Positions 25,221 through 39,200 of a stretch of 64,000 bases of DNA are shown one piece after another; position 1 is the stretch's first letter, and the number at the start of each line of letters is the position of its first letter. A program made the translations under genes and the position numbers. Source of the stretch: Ptychomitrium polyphyllum (lineage: Eukaryota). The notes under the pieces were generated by a model, which worked only from the letters and a program-made list of their open reading frames with translations, was not told where the DNA came from and made no database searches. The stretch spans positions 5,642,001 to 5,706,000 of the forward strand of contig OZ316776.1 of the NCBI GenBank assembly GCA_973851085.1, in the 5' to 3' direction.

Positions 25221-27647
25221 TCACCTCCCCTCCTAGTTCCCAGGTCTCCAAGGAGCAACAAGTACTCAGAGTCATAAAAAGTCAAAATTTTGTCGTATGA
25301 TATCTGCAACATACTTCAATTGCTTTTTACGATTCAAATGGTTTATGGATCCTTGTAACCACCAATAGTGTCCAATGCCTTCTCCTTAGAACCAAGCATG
25401 AACTTCCATATCTTTGTTGTGGCAGCATACTTTGAACACTGCTTTTGAATAATGTTCATAAGCTGGCTCTATTTCAAAGACAATCACCAATGATTTATTG
25501 TTGGGTATCCTTCAACGTCTTCTTGGTCCAATCTGTTCTTCATTACAAGGTTTTTGACAAGAACCTTTAGTTGAGTTGACACCATTGGCATGGTATCTGC
25601 ATTTTGACTGTTCATATCTAATATTTTAAGCCACTAGGAATTATGATAAACTTCAAAATACAAACAACTAATTTTTAAATCATTTCTGGGGCTTTGTAAA
25701 CTTATGATCTAGGAATTGCTTTCTTTCGTATGTAAAAGGCCAAACATCAAGAGCCTTTAAAGTTCCCAGCCTTACCAAACTACTGTTTCATGAACTGCTA
25801 CTTTTTGTTTGGATAAATATTGTCGATGGAACTCACAAACTTTTATTGACGAATTGACAAGATTATTAACTAGCTTCCATATACAGTCATTGATGTTATT
25901 TTTGCACCAATATACCAAGTATTTTAGCTTTCCACTTTGTTGTAGTGAGAGTGGTAACTATAAGAAACACAAGGTTTTTTTTAGCATCTAATTGATCAAA
26001 GTCAAGATGCATGAAGAGTTTATATTTCTAACATCCAATAAAGCAAATATCCTACCGGAAATTTTTCCTCTACGCTGCCTTGAAAATCCCGAATGCTAAA
26101 TATGTCATAACTTCTAGCAAATTAAGTCAAAGCATCTAAAATTTTAATAAAATCTTTTTGAAACATTTAATATGCTATATATAAATTTTAGTAGCCAAAT
26201 CCTTAGTATCCTCTAAGATCCATGACTTCAAAGTTTACATTCTTTATTACTACAGCTTCTATACCCAAACCTCTTTACCACTTCATAATTCTTCTTTTAT
26301 TGCAAACTCAAACTTTAAATTTTGTGTACATAATACATATCTTATAATAAACACCTTGTTAAAAGATCAACTTTAAAAATCCCTTCAATCATCTACAGTG
26401 ACCCAAATTGAGCAACCCCAATCTCTGTTGTACACTGCCCTCTGGGTCCTAGTTGCATTTTTCTTTGTATCTTTTGCTCAAGAAGTCCAATGCTCACCAA
26501 ATTTTGATACCATCTTTTCAAAGTAATTTTAGCTTTTCTCTAAAATTTCACTTATAAAAGATATTTCTACAAGACGTTACAAACATTCAAATAGCTGCCC
26601 TCAGAAATTCAAGGCAGCTAACATAACTTAACTCAAACTAAAGCCACAACCACATACTAATTCCAAATGGAGCATGTAATGGATTTTTAGAAAGCTTACA
26701 AAAAAAAAATAGAATCCAACAAAAATCAATTCAAACTAAGAAGTATACTATGAAATCTCATCAAAAGAAAGGTTGTCTTTTTATTCTAATGGAAGAGGCC
26801 AAGATAGAAGAAGAGAGCAGTGGTCAAACCGCCACATCCGCCTTTTATCAATCTAAATCAGCTATATTTCTCCACATCAACCCCTAATCTCCTTTATCAA
26901 ACCCTTATCTAACCATATCTTCAAATAAAAAACAACCTAAATTTTTTTCTTTTGCTTATCTTTCTTTTCTTTCTTTCGGTGGAAACTTCTAGGTTCCAAC
27001 TACAAAGAAGATAAAATCAACCCTTACAAACCTAAAATGAAAACTAAATTTTTTAAATTTTTTTAAGAAAATAGGAAAAAGATTGAAATTCAACAAGCAA
27101 CAAATTAAAAATAAAAACATTGTCAAGGTAAGATCAGACACCTGATCATGAACTTGGTTGACTAGATAAGTTCCAGTTGCTGAACTAGTCCAAATTTGAT
27201 TATTGTCAGACTTGTTGAGTAGAATGGCAGCACTTGACTTGATATTGCTAGCAAAAATGGTAGGCAGGAAAAACTACAGTCAACTGGCCTAATCACCCTA
27301 AACTAAAGTAAGATGCACTTTCACCTCCAAGACAAATAAAAATTGTAGTTTCACCACGACTTTTTTTAATCTAATTATTATTTTTTCTTAATACTCTTTT
27401 TCAAATACACCAAATAACGAATACTACTCAAGTTATAAACTATACAACTAAATACATCACGACAACTTCTTACCCGTGATTCAAGTTCTTTTTCACTTCA
27501 AATTCATGATGATTGTCGATTTCAACCACATGTGGTGGTAGCTGCCTTTGTTCAGTGATATTTAATTCTTTATAAGTTTCCAAAAGTGAAATGTCAAAGA
27601 CGGCATGTAACTTCATTGATGATGGTAAATTCAAATGATATGCTATG

Positions 27648-28291
27648 TATCACGGACATAAATTATACAACATAGTCTTTACAACATTCTAGAACCTTTT
27701 AGTATACCATAGTAGATTCTTAGAATACTTTTAGATGTCTCCATAGTCTTTCCATGTTCTTAGGAGGCTTCCAAGGAAAGTTCCTTCACCTTAAGAAACT
27801 TCCTAGGAAGGTTCTAGCATCTTAGGTAACTTCCTAGGAAACTTCCTGCAAAGATTCCATCACCTTAGGAAATTCCTAAGAAGGTTTCATCATTGTAGAA
27901 AACTTCCTAGGAAGATTCTACCTCTTTAGGAAACTTCTTAAGAAGGTTCCGCTACTTTAAGAAACTTCTAAGGAAGATTCCAATTCCTTGGAAGCTTCTT
28001 AGGGAGGTTCCAACATCTTAGGAAACTTCTTGAGAAGGTTCCCTAGACTTCCAGTATATTTTTAAGCCTTGTAGGAAGCTTCTTTAGAAGTATCCTAGGA
28101 GATACAAACATCATAGCATAAATAGGAGGCAAGACAAGGTATTCCTTAGTCTTGCCAATACAAGTTGTGGATCATCTTGAATCCTACCTTGTTCTAGTCT
28201 TTGTATCAAGTTCTTATCAATCATTAGCTCTTTGGAAGCTAATTCTTGAGAAACACTTCGTTTTTACTTCTTGTTTCTCGTGTCCCTAACA
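27648..28291 (+). mobile_element. Solo LTR (family A) with expanded internal ~32-bp tandem repeats
   Basis: tatcacggacataaat...gtccctaaca is flanked by CTATG (27643-27647) and CCATG (28292-28296). Repeated units of type aggaaacttcctaggaaggttcc lie at ~27770-28045. Confidence 0.85.
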
Positions 28292-28439
28292 CCATGTGGT
28301 TGACTTGTTTCTTGATTGCAAATGGTTCCAATCCGCAATAGTTCAGCTTGTCAAATGGTCTATTAATCCTTATATAAAGTCAAAAGAGCCACACTATCGC
28401 AATCCTTGTAATGCACCTTAACAATGTCACGCCTGTCAA

Positions 28440-29575
28440 CCCTGTACACCTCCACATGCTCATGTTAATTTCCATTTTTACTCTCGAAGTCCCAGACTTG
28501 GTTTCCAATTCCCCTTACTATTTCTTTTAAGACACCCACTTGATTGGTAGCCAATGGTTAGGTGCGGATTTCCATTCATGTTTAAGGCCTCACTTGGTGT
28601 TACTCCCATTTCACACGGCCTAACCGCACTTAGTAGTGTCTCTTCACCACCACACATGATTCCTATATGATCATATGATCACCCCGGGTCCATAGTGCCA
28701 ATGTGAAGACACCACCCCAACTTAGTGATAATAAGCGTATCCTTTTGATCTCACTAGTTCCTTTCATGAAACCAATCACCCATCAACTCATAATGGTGTG
28801 GAACTCTCCGTAGTGAAGCCCCAATACTGATTCCACCAATCGGAACTTACCATTGCTTCCTATCGGAACACTAGAAGAATGAAGAGGGGGACTAGCCCTC
28901 CCCTATAGTACTCTTTGTGGAATTTGGCAGGCCCCCTGGCCCTTTGTAGCTGGCTGAACCCCGACACACCAAAAACTTTGGAAGACCACCCGATCTCCCT
29001 TGGAACTTAGCCGCTGGAAGCCTTCGGGACTTCCTATGGACCTTTAGGGAGCCATATCTTCTACGTTTGGTGTCCAAATCTATTGAACGACCACCCTATC
29101 GCCATCTATTCTTGGCATAGATGCTGATAGACTCCTCAAATGTCGGATTTAACTTAGCATTCTCGGATATATGCCTCTTCTAAGGTTCGAGACTCTCGGG
29201 GAGTCCCTCCTTACACTGTCCCAGTCCTATACAGTCACTATCTAGGGCTGCCACACTCCAGATTAGCCCCTTGGCAGCCCCAACTTTGGAATGTCATATC
29301 TTTTAACTCCCTTGTTCGATTTGAGCAATCTTTAGCATTCTAGAATCAATTTATTGTGAGTCCTCCAATGCCTATAATTTCTCCCTCATGGCCCTTGGTC
29401 TACATGGGCAAGGATGTTTCTTCCCCTCAAGATCGTTTCCACGCAAGGCCTACTCAGGCTACTTTGCTATCAACGCCACAAGTCCCGAACGTCATTCCGG
29501 GGTCTTACTTGTGCCCATAGTGTTCCTAGCACTTCTAAAAGAGAGGTACGCGACACACCTTCTTACCAACTTGGA
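28440..29575 (-). mobile_element. GC-richer degenerate retroelement fragment, possibly gag-like, from a different family
   Basis: Composition shifts relative to the flanks. Fragments such as GLVALIA, AMREKL*ALE, EGLPESL and TLEEA loosely resemble retrotransposon Gag. No intact ORF. Confidence 0.35.
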
Positions 29576-29579
29576 CTAG

Positions 29580-32500
29580 AGGTTGTTGCTTGTTTGTTGC
29601 ATCTGCTGCCGTTTTGTATTGTTTTCGAACTTCTTTGAATTGAATTTTCATGGTTGTTTGAAGCTCTGCCATCTTTGTGGCATATTCCTTTGTTGCAAGG
29701 TTCTTAGATCATAGAGGCATTAACATATTCATCTTTGGATGGTGTCCATAATTCGAATAGAATGGCGTTTGTTGGGTGGAAGCATGAGTAATGTTGTTGT
29801 AGACAAACGCAGCTAAAGTCAAGTAGGAAGTCCAATAATTTTTATGGTAGTTGATGATACACTTCAAATATTGTTTCAAGATTTGGTTGATTTGCTTTAT
29901 TTGGCCAGTGGTCTCAAGATGGAAGGCAGAAGAAAGTTTTATGTCCACTTTAAAGATATCAAAAAGCGACTTCTAAAATCCTTATACAAACTGTGATTCA
30001 TAATTTGATATAATATCATCGAGTAATCTATGGTAGTGGTAGACATTAGCCATGAAAAGTGTGGTAGTTTCTTCATTTGTAATTGTCTTCTTGCAAGGTA
30101 CAAAATGTGCAATCTTAGTCAACTGGTCTACTTCAACATAGTTGGTATCAAAAGAATTTGACGAGGTAAGATTTGTAATGACATCCATTGAAATAGAAGA
30201 GCACAATTGCTTTGAAAGAAGCAATAGTAGGAAAAGTTTATATATATAGTGTTGAGGGTTCTTTGACCGAGAGCAAGTATTACATAGAAGTACAAATTCT
30301 TTGATGGCCTTCCACATTTGAGTCTACCAAAAATTGAAAGAAAGGAGTTCCGAGGTTTTGTTGAATCCAAAATGTCTAGCTGCAAGAAAGTGATGACGTG
30401 TTTGAAGTACTCAAAGGCAAACTAGTCCTTCAGAAATATATAGACATTCTTCAAAGTAGAGAAGGTTGTCTTCTAATTTGAACTTGGACACATCTTTAGG
30501 GATGTTGTTACAACAACGCTTGATATTAAGAATAAGAGGGGCTTTGGTAAATGCCACACAAACCTAGTCAAGGAAGAATGAATCCATTCAAGTTGAAATG
30601 GTGGTTTTAAGCACACAAAGTTGTTTGGGTTTCAATAAAGTTTTTTGTTATTGATTGTATGCTACCTCTTCTTTCTTTGGCGCAAGGTATGATCGCCTTG
30701 ACAAAGCATTTGATAACCCGTGTTGTTTTCCTAGTCGATATGTGATGCAAAAATCAAATAAAAATAGAGACATACTCCAACGAGCTTGGCAGTGATTCAA
30801 AATACAAGTTGATATGAAATATTCCAAATTTTTGAGATCTGTATATACAATGATTGGATGCATGGCACCCTGTAGCAAGTGATGCCATTCTAGGAAGGAG
30901 TCCACAATTGCAAGGAGTTCTTTGTTGTGGATCTTGTAGTTGATTTCTGCAGCTGAAAACTTTTTGGAATGGAATGCAATTGGATGGAGTCTCCCTTCTT
31001 CCCCCATTTGCAATAGAGTATTGCTTCTATTGCAAAGGTGGAAGCATCTGTTTTAAAATAAAATTGCTTTAAAAAGTCCAGATGTACTAGAATAGAAGCT
31101 GTGGTAAAAGCTCGCTTCAAACTTTGGAATGCATCCTTAGCATTAGATCTGCACTCAATTTTTTCCTTGAATATTAGTCACATGAGAAGTGTAGCTATTT
31201 GAGAATAGTCCTTGATAAAGATCATATAGTAGTTTGCAAATCCAAGAAAGCATTGGACATCACATACTGATTTTGTCCTCGTCCAATCGCTGGCTGCTTT
31301 GACCTTCTTTGGATCCATTAATAGTCTTTTGTTCAAGATAATATAACCAAGGAATTATACCTGAGGTTTGTGGAATATACATTTCTCCAGCTTAGCATAC
31401 AAACCGGCATCTTGTAGATTTTATAGGATTATGCAGACATGTTGTTCATATTCCTTTAGATTCTTTGATTAAATCAAGATATCATCCACATAGCCTACGA
31501 CAAAATCATTGAGGCACTCCCAAAATATGTAATTTATCAAGTGTTGAAAATGACAAGTGCATTGGTTAGTCCAAAATGCATGACACTATATTCAAAATGT
31601 CCATACCTTATTCAAAATGTCGTCTTCCATTTGTCTCCTTCTTTGATCCGCACTAAATTGTAGGCTCCTTGTAGGTCTATTTTGGTATAAATCTTTGCTT
31701 GGCCAAGTTGATCAAAAAGCCTAGATATCAGCGGCAATGGATATCAGTTCTTCACCGCCATTTTGTTAAGGCCATGGTAATCAACACACATTTGTAAGGA
31801 TCCATCTTTTTTCTTTACAAAAAGTATCGGAGCACAAACATGGCACTTTGAATGATGTATGAAATTCTTGGCTAAGCTTTCATCAATATACGCCCTCAGT
31901 GATGAAAGCTCATGTTGGGATAAATTATAGATAGGTCCAAATGGTGGTTGGGCTCTATCTTGAAGGTCTATGGCACAATCGTAGGAATGATGTTTTGATA
32001 GGGAGTCTGTATTTTTCTTTTTGAATACATTGTTGAATTCTAAATACTTTTTGGAAATGATTAAGGATGAAGCCACAACTTTGGACATTGGAATTGCATA
32101 CACAGCAAAAGAAGCACCAGTTTTGTTGCTTTCATAAATGTTCTAATTCTAATGAAATGAGGCTTTTTGGATCTATAAGATGCTTTAGCTTCCTCCATAG
32201 GCTTAATAGTTACAGGCTTTAATGATGGAAATTTTACTTTGCAGAATACCCAATCTATCTGCAGGTTGTACTTTTCAAACCAAGAAAGCCCTAGAATGAT
32301 CAGACTTGACAAACAACTAATGACATTAAATATCACTTGATTACTATGATTGTTCAATGTTACTGTTAATGAATTAATCTCATGAATAACATCTCTGGAA
32401 GATAATAGTTGACCATCTATGACTTCTACATGGACAAGTTTGGATTTTCTACTAAAAAGAAACTTATAGTTTTTCAAAAAAAAATTGTCAATAAAGCAAG

Positions 32501-34321
32501 CAAAGGCTCCTGAATTTATTAGAGTAAGGTTTTCCAGCTTCTGAACACTTAAACAAATAAGTATAGTAAAACAAGAGGAAGGATGGGCTCATAGAACATG
32601 GCCTTTGTTTTCTTGCAATGGAAGCAGATTTAGCCACACAGTCCCTACTATGGCTAGATGTCCTTGTTTTCCTGCAAAATATTTGGCATTATGGTTGTAC
32701 TTCTCATCCGATATGTTCGTAGAGGTTTCTTTGGGCAATTATCAACCTTGTGGCCAAATTTTCCACAATACAAACACAATCCTTGCTCCCTTTGCCGCTT
32801 CTTCTCATGTTCAGTAAGAAGCTTGAAGCAAACTGCATCAATCTGCATGGCTTCTGCTCCCAAATACTTATTAGAAGTGTACAGAGCCAAAGCTGTTGAA
32901 AAGTTGGTATATGATTGAAGCGTCATCAAAGTCTATTTATCTTTTTGACATTGAAATAGACGATTAACGCATTTCAAAGCTTGACTGATGGCTCCATCAA
33001 GTATTTTGGAGATCTAGCATGGATAGCAATAAATCTTTAATCTCATAATGTACGCCCCAATGAAATTGACTCATCAACATTTCTTCTCCTCAATTAATGT
33101 TGTATGCAAGTTGTCAAAATTTCTATGCATAAATTGACATAGAACGTGGCTCTTGGCGCAAGGCACAAATCTTAGTATTTGCATAATGGAGCTTCTCATG
33201 GTCACCAAATGCTTTTGCAAAAACGGCTAGGAGTGCATCAAAGTTGCTAAGTATGGGAGAATTCTTCTCAAAAAGTTGTGCAAACCAGGACAATGCTTGT
33301 CTTGAGAGCAACATTCCTACCAAACCAACACGCAAAGCGGCCGTAGGATACTATGAGGTTAAAGCAAGATAACAAGTTGATTTACAAAGCCTCCAAATTT
33401 TGAACGCGTACCATTAAACTTCTTTGGAAGGCTAATTCTTGGTTCTTTGGCTGTTGATATTAAATTCTCGGCTTGAATTTGACCATCTTTTACTATATCA
33501 AGTTTAGACGATGAAACACCTAAGTTAACTTAGGATAGCAACTGCAGTGCTCTTGCTCCTTGATCATTATGTATGGTCAAGTATAGTTCTTTGTTTTGCT
33601 TAAAGAAAGTCTTGGTCTTGATCTTTAATGCTACAAGGGCATTCATAATGGAATCTAACTTGATTTCTTTTGAATTAGTCATATTAACTACTTCACCTCC
33701 TGGCATAAAGATGAAATGGAAATAGACAAAATTTGCTAAATTCGCAAGGAACAAAAGAAAATTCAAGAAGCAATATCAGTCTAGAAGAGGATAATGTGCA
33801 ACCTCTAGAGTGCTCTAGTACTTTCAAGAAAAAACGATGATCCACTCTCTATCAAGAAAGACCAAGCTCTAATATTGTAGTATGAGAGTCTTGGCAAACT
33901 TATTATAAATAGAGTAACTACAAGGCAAAGTTTTAGAGTTCCAGGATATAGAACAAGATATGTCTAAGGTATATTAGAGGTATAGAGCTACAATAAGGTA
34001 CAAAAGACAAGGCTAGAAGGTCTGAGCTAGACCACAAGAGTTGCGTTGTTGAGACTTAAGAGTACTTTAGCCTTGGCTTTTATAAATACTAGAATTTACA
34101 AGCTTTAAAAGCTTCTTGGAAAGCTTCTATTACATTGCTTTGTATTAAAGCAATCTTAAGTTGCTTGTTTGAAAGCTTTATAAGCCAAAGTAACTTCCAT
34201 GGAAACTTCTTAAGCCGAGGTAACTTCTTTGGAAGCTTTTTAAGCAGAGGTAACTTCCTTAAATGCTTCCTAAACCTTCTAAGAATCTTTTGAGATGCTT
34301 CTAATATGTATGTCCGTGATT
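29580..34321 (-). mobile_element. Nested, largely complete but decayed Gypsy element: 5' LTR 34321-33876, gag (CCHC), protease, RT, RNase H, integrase
   Basis: CLYCGKFGHKVDNCP zinc knuckle; [23 protein letters not shown] (RT); TDASTFAI and HPIAFHSKKFSAAEINYKIHNKELLAIV (RNase H); SSAFHLETTGQIKQINQ (integrase). PBS-like atattagagcttgg follows the LTR. Confidence 0.93.
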
Positions 34322-35797
34322 GCTATTGCATGGAAAGATCTACCTTTTTACAGCACACAATCCGTAAATCAATGGTTAAACCAAATGTGTGAAACTAGCT
34401 TTGAAATAGTACTTTTGGTTGCAATAATAGCTACCACTAAGACAATTAAATGGACTTCTTATCTCTGGCAAAGTTTGCTTACAATAGTATGATGCATTCT
34501 TTTACAATGCAAACTTCATATGTTGTTAATTGTGGTCAATAATCTCAAAGGGATCTATTTTAAGTGAATCTTGTTGGAAGTCCCATGGCAAAAGATTTTG
34601 CAACTCAATTTGCTAAAATCCACCAAGAACTTGCTTTTCAATTACAACCGCCCAAAATTAATACAAAAATTTATGCAAATTGTCATAAAAAAAACCATAC
34701 AAAGTACAAAGTTGGAAATAACGTATGGCTCTTATAACAAAATATATCAATAAAATCTTTGGCATGGAAGCTAAACTGTCAAAGGCGTGGACCATTTGAA
34801 ATCTTCAATTAGATAAATATAATTAATTATTGCCTAAATTTACCATGAACCATATAAATTCAATTAATGCTTTACGTATATTTGTTGAAATTTTACAGTA
34901 AATCATGTCTACTAAAGAAAATTTTCCTTTTACCTCCTTCAATAATAAGCAATAATAAATTAGGACATGAAGTTGAAGAGACTTTACATTCACGCATCAT
35001 GAATGGATGTCCGTATTATCTTATATATCTGCAAGAATATAACATCAATGACCAAATTTGAGAACCTTAATTATTTAAGACAAATGGATATGATAAGATA
35101 TGCAAATTCCATCAAAGAGACCCTCAAAAATCAAGTCATTAATAACATGTTTTCATAAATTAACACTTGTTATCTTCATGAAAAAGGTTTTTATATAAAA
35201 AAATATAAAAGAAAGGAAGCAATATCTAACCTTTAAATGTATGTAGTAGCAATAAGATAGACTATTTCTAGATTCTAGCTTATATAGAAAATCTTTGTAT
35301 TATCATGGATTTGTGTGAAGTACAATGGACTATGCCTTCTTCAACAACAACACCTATTGAATTAATATAAGTTTAACAATTTTTAACAGTAATGAATCTA
35401 AGGCAAAATATGACAAAGGCATTCCAACATTGAGTGTGACCTCATATTGAAGTATTAGATAGTTGTCCTTCATATTATAGTCTTAATTTGGATGCTCAAA
35501 TTCCAATCATCTTATTAGAAGTTGAAAGAATCACAATTGGAAGACTAGAATTTTTATTTGGATGATGTTTTGAAGGACTTAATTGAAGTGAATCTCTAGA
35601 TTATGACATTCCAACAACATAAGTAATTGTTGGTGGTTGCCGAGGTTTCTTGCAAATACCAATTGAGTTGGTGGATAAAGATCAACGAGTCAAATATGTT
35701 GCTTTTCTTGTTTGACAAATTCTATAATTTGTAAAGACATGACAAGCAAGTGATAAGAAGAGCTCTTTGTAGGATTTATTGCTAAAAGAGGAAGTGA

Positions 35798-36213
35798 TGT
35801 CATGAATATAAATCATGCAATATAGATTTTAGAATCTTCTAAAATCTTCTAGTACATTCTTGTAGCTTCTTAAAATTCTTTCAATACTTCCATAATCATT
35901 CCATCTACTTGAAATTCTTTTTCAAAATGTTTATATATCTTTGAAAAAATTCTTAAGATGGTTCTATAGACTCTTACAACATTTTTAAGCTTCATTGGAA
36001 GCTTCTTTAAATTATTTAAAAAAATACAAGCGTCACAATATAAATAAAAGACAAGACAAGGTATACATTAGTGTTGCCAACAAAACTTGTGGATAATATT
36101 GTATTGTGCGCTTGATATAGTCTTTATAACAATTTTTGTTAATAATTAATTCTTTGGAAGCTAATTCTTGGAAACCACTTCATGTTTACTTCTTATTTCT
36201 TGTATTCCTAACA
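35798..36213 (+). repeat. 3' LTR (family A)
   Basis: tgtcatgaatataaatcatgcaa...tattcctaaca, preceded by a purine tract. Confidence 0.87.
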
Positions 36214-39200
36214 ACACAAGTATTAAGGCCCTTTATTCATTAACTTATATAATTACAAATATCATTTATTATTACACATGAAATTTTATTTTGATTGAGT
36301 AGGTGACCTCAAGACTACTAAGCAAGAAATATCATTTAGAAAGAAAAATTATAAATTCATTTATACTTCTAATATATACATAGATTAAACTTTTATCTGG
36401 AAGTCCTTTGAAGTTCATTAACTGTCTAATACATGATAATACAAAAAACAAACTACTTTCATAGTTAGAATGTTGGTTTATTTTTTATCTTTATCCTTTT
36501 TATTTTTAATATAAAAGTGGACGGTGGACCTTTGTTCAACATCACTTGTATTCTTTCTTGCCTTTAACGTGCTTATAATCTTGTCTCTTATTTTTAATCT
36601 TCATCCCATTTTACTTGCAAATGGTTAATAAAATAGATTTACTATGAATAACAATATTATTATCATTGCTCATTTTGTATTGTACAATAATGCGAGGTTG
36701 TAGGCAAAGAATTATTGCTGCATTTTTGTCCTTTGGTATGAATGATCATTTTTGTCTCTAAATTCTTAGCTTTGTAAAATTTTATAAAATATACTTGATA
36801 AATAGGAAATATGAATGGATATTGTATCTCCAATTGTATCCAAATATAAGAATAAATACAGAATATAAGTAATATTATTAATTCCATGTGCTTCATAAGA
36901 ATCAAAATGCACTTTACAAAGTTAAAGTGCACATTAATCCTTTTAACTTTTCTAAGGAAACCAATAATTTTCCAAGGTAGACATTCTCAAAGTTAGAAGA
37001 TGTCCAAGGAAACATGAAGCCTACTGTATTGGACTATCTCATGTTAACACTCAACAACTCCATGATGAAAAGTAAAGCCTATAGTACTAGTAGCCTATAT
37101 TGAAACTGTCCACAAAAAATGTTTTGTTATTCAACAAATACCTAAAATTTCAATGAATAAAAATATTTTAAGATTCTTAAGTTTTTGGAACTCATTAAAA
37201 TTATTTGTAAACTTAACTTTATTTTTACCTTATTTGTGTCTATGATTGAAGAGCAAATTTTAGTGCAAGGATGCTTCACCCATTTTATTGAAAGAATTGT
37301 TTTAATCAAGAATCTTTAAATCACTTGTCCACTTTCTGTGGGAAGTTTACAAATATCACTATTATGTGTTTCAAAGTTTACAATATTTTTCCTTTTATGA
37401 TTCAACAATATTCATTGGAAGGGCATAATGTTTAATTTGTTAAAGAAACCATGACATGTGAAATGACATAGGCAACCATGTACCTTTGACCAAGAGACTG
37501 GGAAGAAAAACGACTGCAACTTAGCTGATAAAAGTAGGAGTGACTAAATAATTTCTTGATTGGAGGGCCAAATCAGAACCCACTAAGAACAAAGGCTTAA
37601 CCAGGGAGTATTGACCTCTCTGGACGGTGAACTTTAAGAACTAGCTTTGCCCACTAATGGGTTTCAGAAGGAATGAAATGGGCAAGTGTTGCTTTACACA
37701 AGTACAGATATTGCAATGAAGTATCTTTTAATATTTTATTTTCCTCTTCTAAAAGTACCTTTCCGACCCCATACTGCATCTGTAATTCTTATTTCAAAGG
37801 ACAAAATTGTCCTTCAGTAATTCAAATACAAATAACCAGCCAAACCACTTCCAGTATTTGGTACATTTGGTGGTTCAAGGTTAAAGATGTCCAGCATAGC
37901 TTGTGCTTGTGTTCACATCATGGTTTGGTTGTGCACTTACTTGTGAACCTATGGCCACACTCACTGAATATGATCACAACCAGCCATCAGTCAATGCTAA
38001 CTACAATATAATTTTTTTTGACAGGATGAACATAAAATTGAATAGCAGCTCTTGAGTTCACTATTCATGTACAAATAAGAGCAGTTTTGTGTTTGATAAA
38101 GGAGGTGGGATGAGCCTTCATTGCTAACAAATTAAAGTCAATCAGTTATTTATGTTTAGATATCAGTGATACTTTAAATCTGATCACATGAGTGAAAAAA
38201 ATAAAAAAATTCCCAAGTGTCATGACCATTATTCACCAAAAATGATCTTCCTGCTTGAAAATTTCCAGTTTGACATATTCACAGACCTAATTCATGCAGT
38301 GATTTTGGTCTTCCCTGTTGACTCAATTCAGTATGATCTCATTGTACAACATCCTCTAGTCAAACCATGTTAAATAGAGGGCATGCCACCATCCTATTGT
38401 CCTTGCTTCCCCTGATTTGAGTTTATTGCATTGAACAGTGAGCATTGAAAGGAAAGTTTGGTTGCTTTATGGTTTGACTACTGTAATCACAAAGCAAGTT
38501 TGTGGCTCTCTTGATTGATAATTTAATAACCTTCTAAAAATAGTTGTCACCACAACAAATGTTCTCTTCTAATTATTTTTTAAACATAACTATCTTGAAA
38601 TGATTCCCCAACAACTTCACTGTCTAATTTTAGAACTAATTCTAAAATTAATCTAGAATAAAATTTGGACAAACATTCTATGTGACTATGGTACACACTG
38701 TTTCCTTTACTTTCCAAGCTTTGTATATCAGTTCACACATTCATATAATATAACCAGGTTTTCCCTTTCTCCATCTATGCTGCTTCAGCAAAAAATCCAT
38801 AATTTGGGTCTCCCAGCGCACCAGTAATCTAGATGCAATGAAAAAGTGGAATAATCTTTTTGAGTGCTATGTCATCTCTTCATGCAATAATTTGCTGAGT
38901 GGCAATTCTATGCTACCCACAGATTCATGCCTACATTTTCCATGAGTAATAATACATGCCTAACCATAATCAAATATAAAACAGTATTTGGTGCAAACTT
39001 AGTCAAATATAAGTGTTTAGTGTGATGTGTGTTATACACAGAACCACTGTAGTGACTGCAATTTAGAACGAGTGTCTTATTTGTGCAAAAGGAAAAGGAC
39101 ACATAAATGACGAATATAGGAGCCAGTACGAAAGTTGCCCCAACAAATGTGTCCCAAGGCAACAGGTATTATTAGAAATGAGCGTTGGGTTCATCCTGCT

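Larger units (their letters stand above)
19183..36213 (+). mobile_element. Decayed outer Ty3/Gypsy chromovirus LTR retrotransposon hosting nested insertions
   Basis: Two same-orientation family-A LTRs (19183-19631, 35798-36213) are flanked by ACACA on both outer sides (19178-19182, 36214-36218). Inside are a gag remnant at ~20200-20640, an integrase C-terminus/chromodomain remnant at ~34340-35140 (HEVEETLHSRIMNGCPYYLIYLQEYNINDQI*EP) and a purine tract aaaagaggaagtga (35784-35797) just before the 3' LTR. Confidence 0.78.

Noticed and set aside
24821..34321. Single intact minus-strand element bounded by two family-B LTRs
   Set aside because: The flanks (AAGAA vs GCTAT) do not form a target-site duplication, so the pairing is unsupported.
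37400..39000. Possible pseudogene exons
   Set aside because: Splice-like sites exist, but I could not assemble any recognisable protein.
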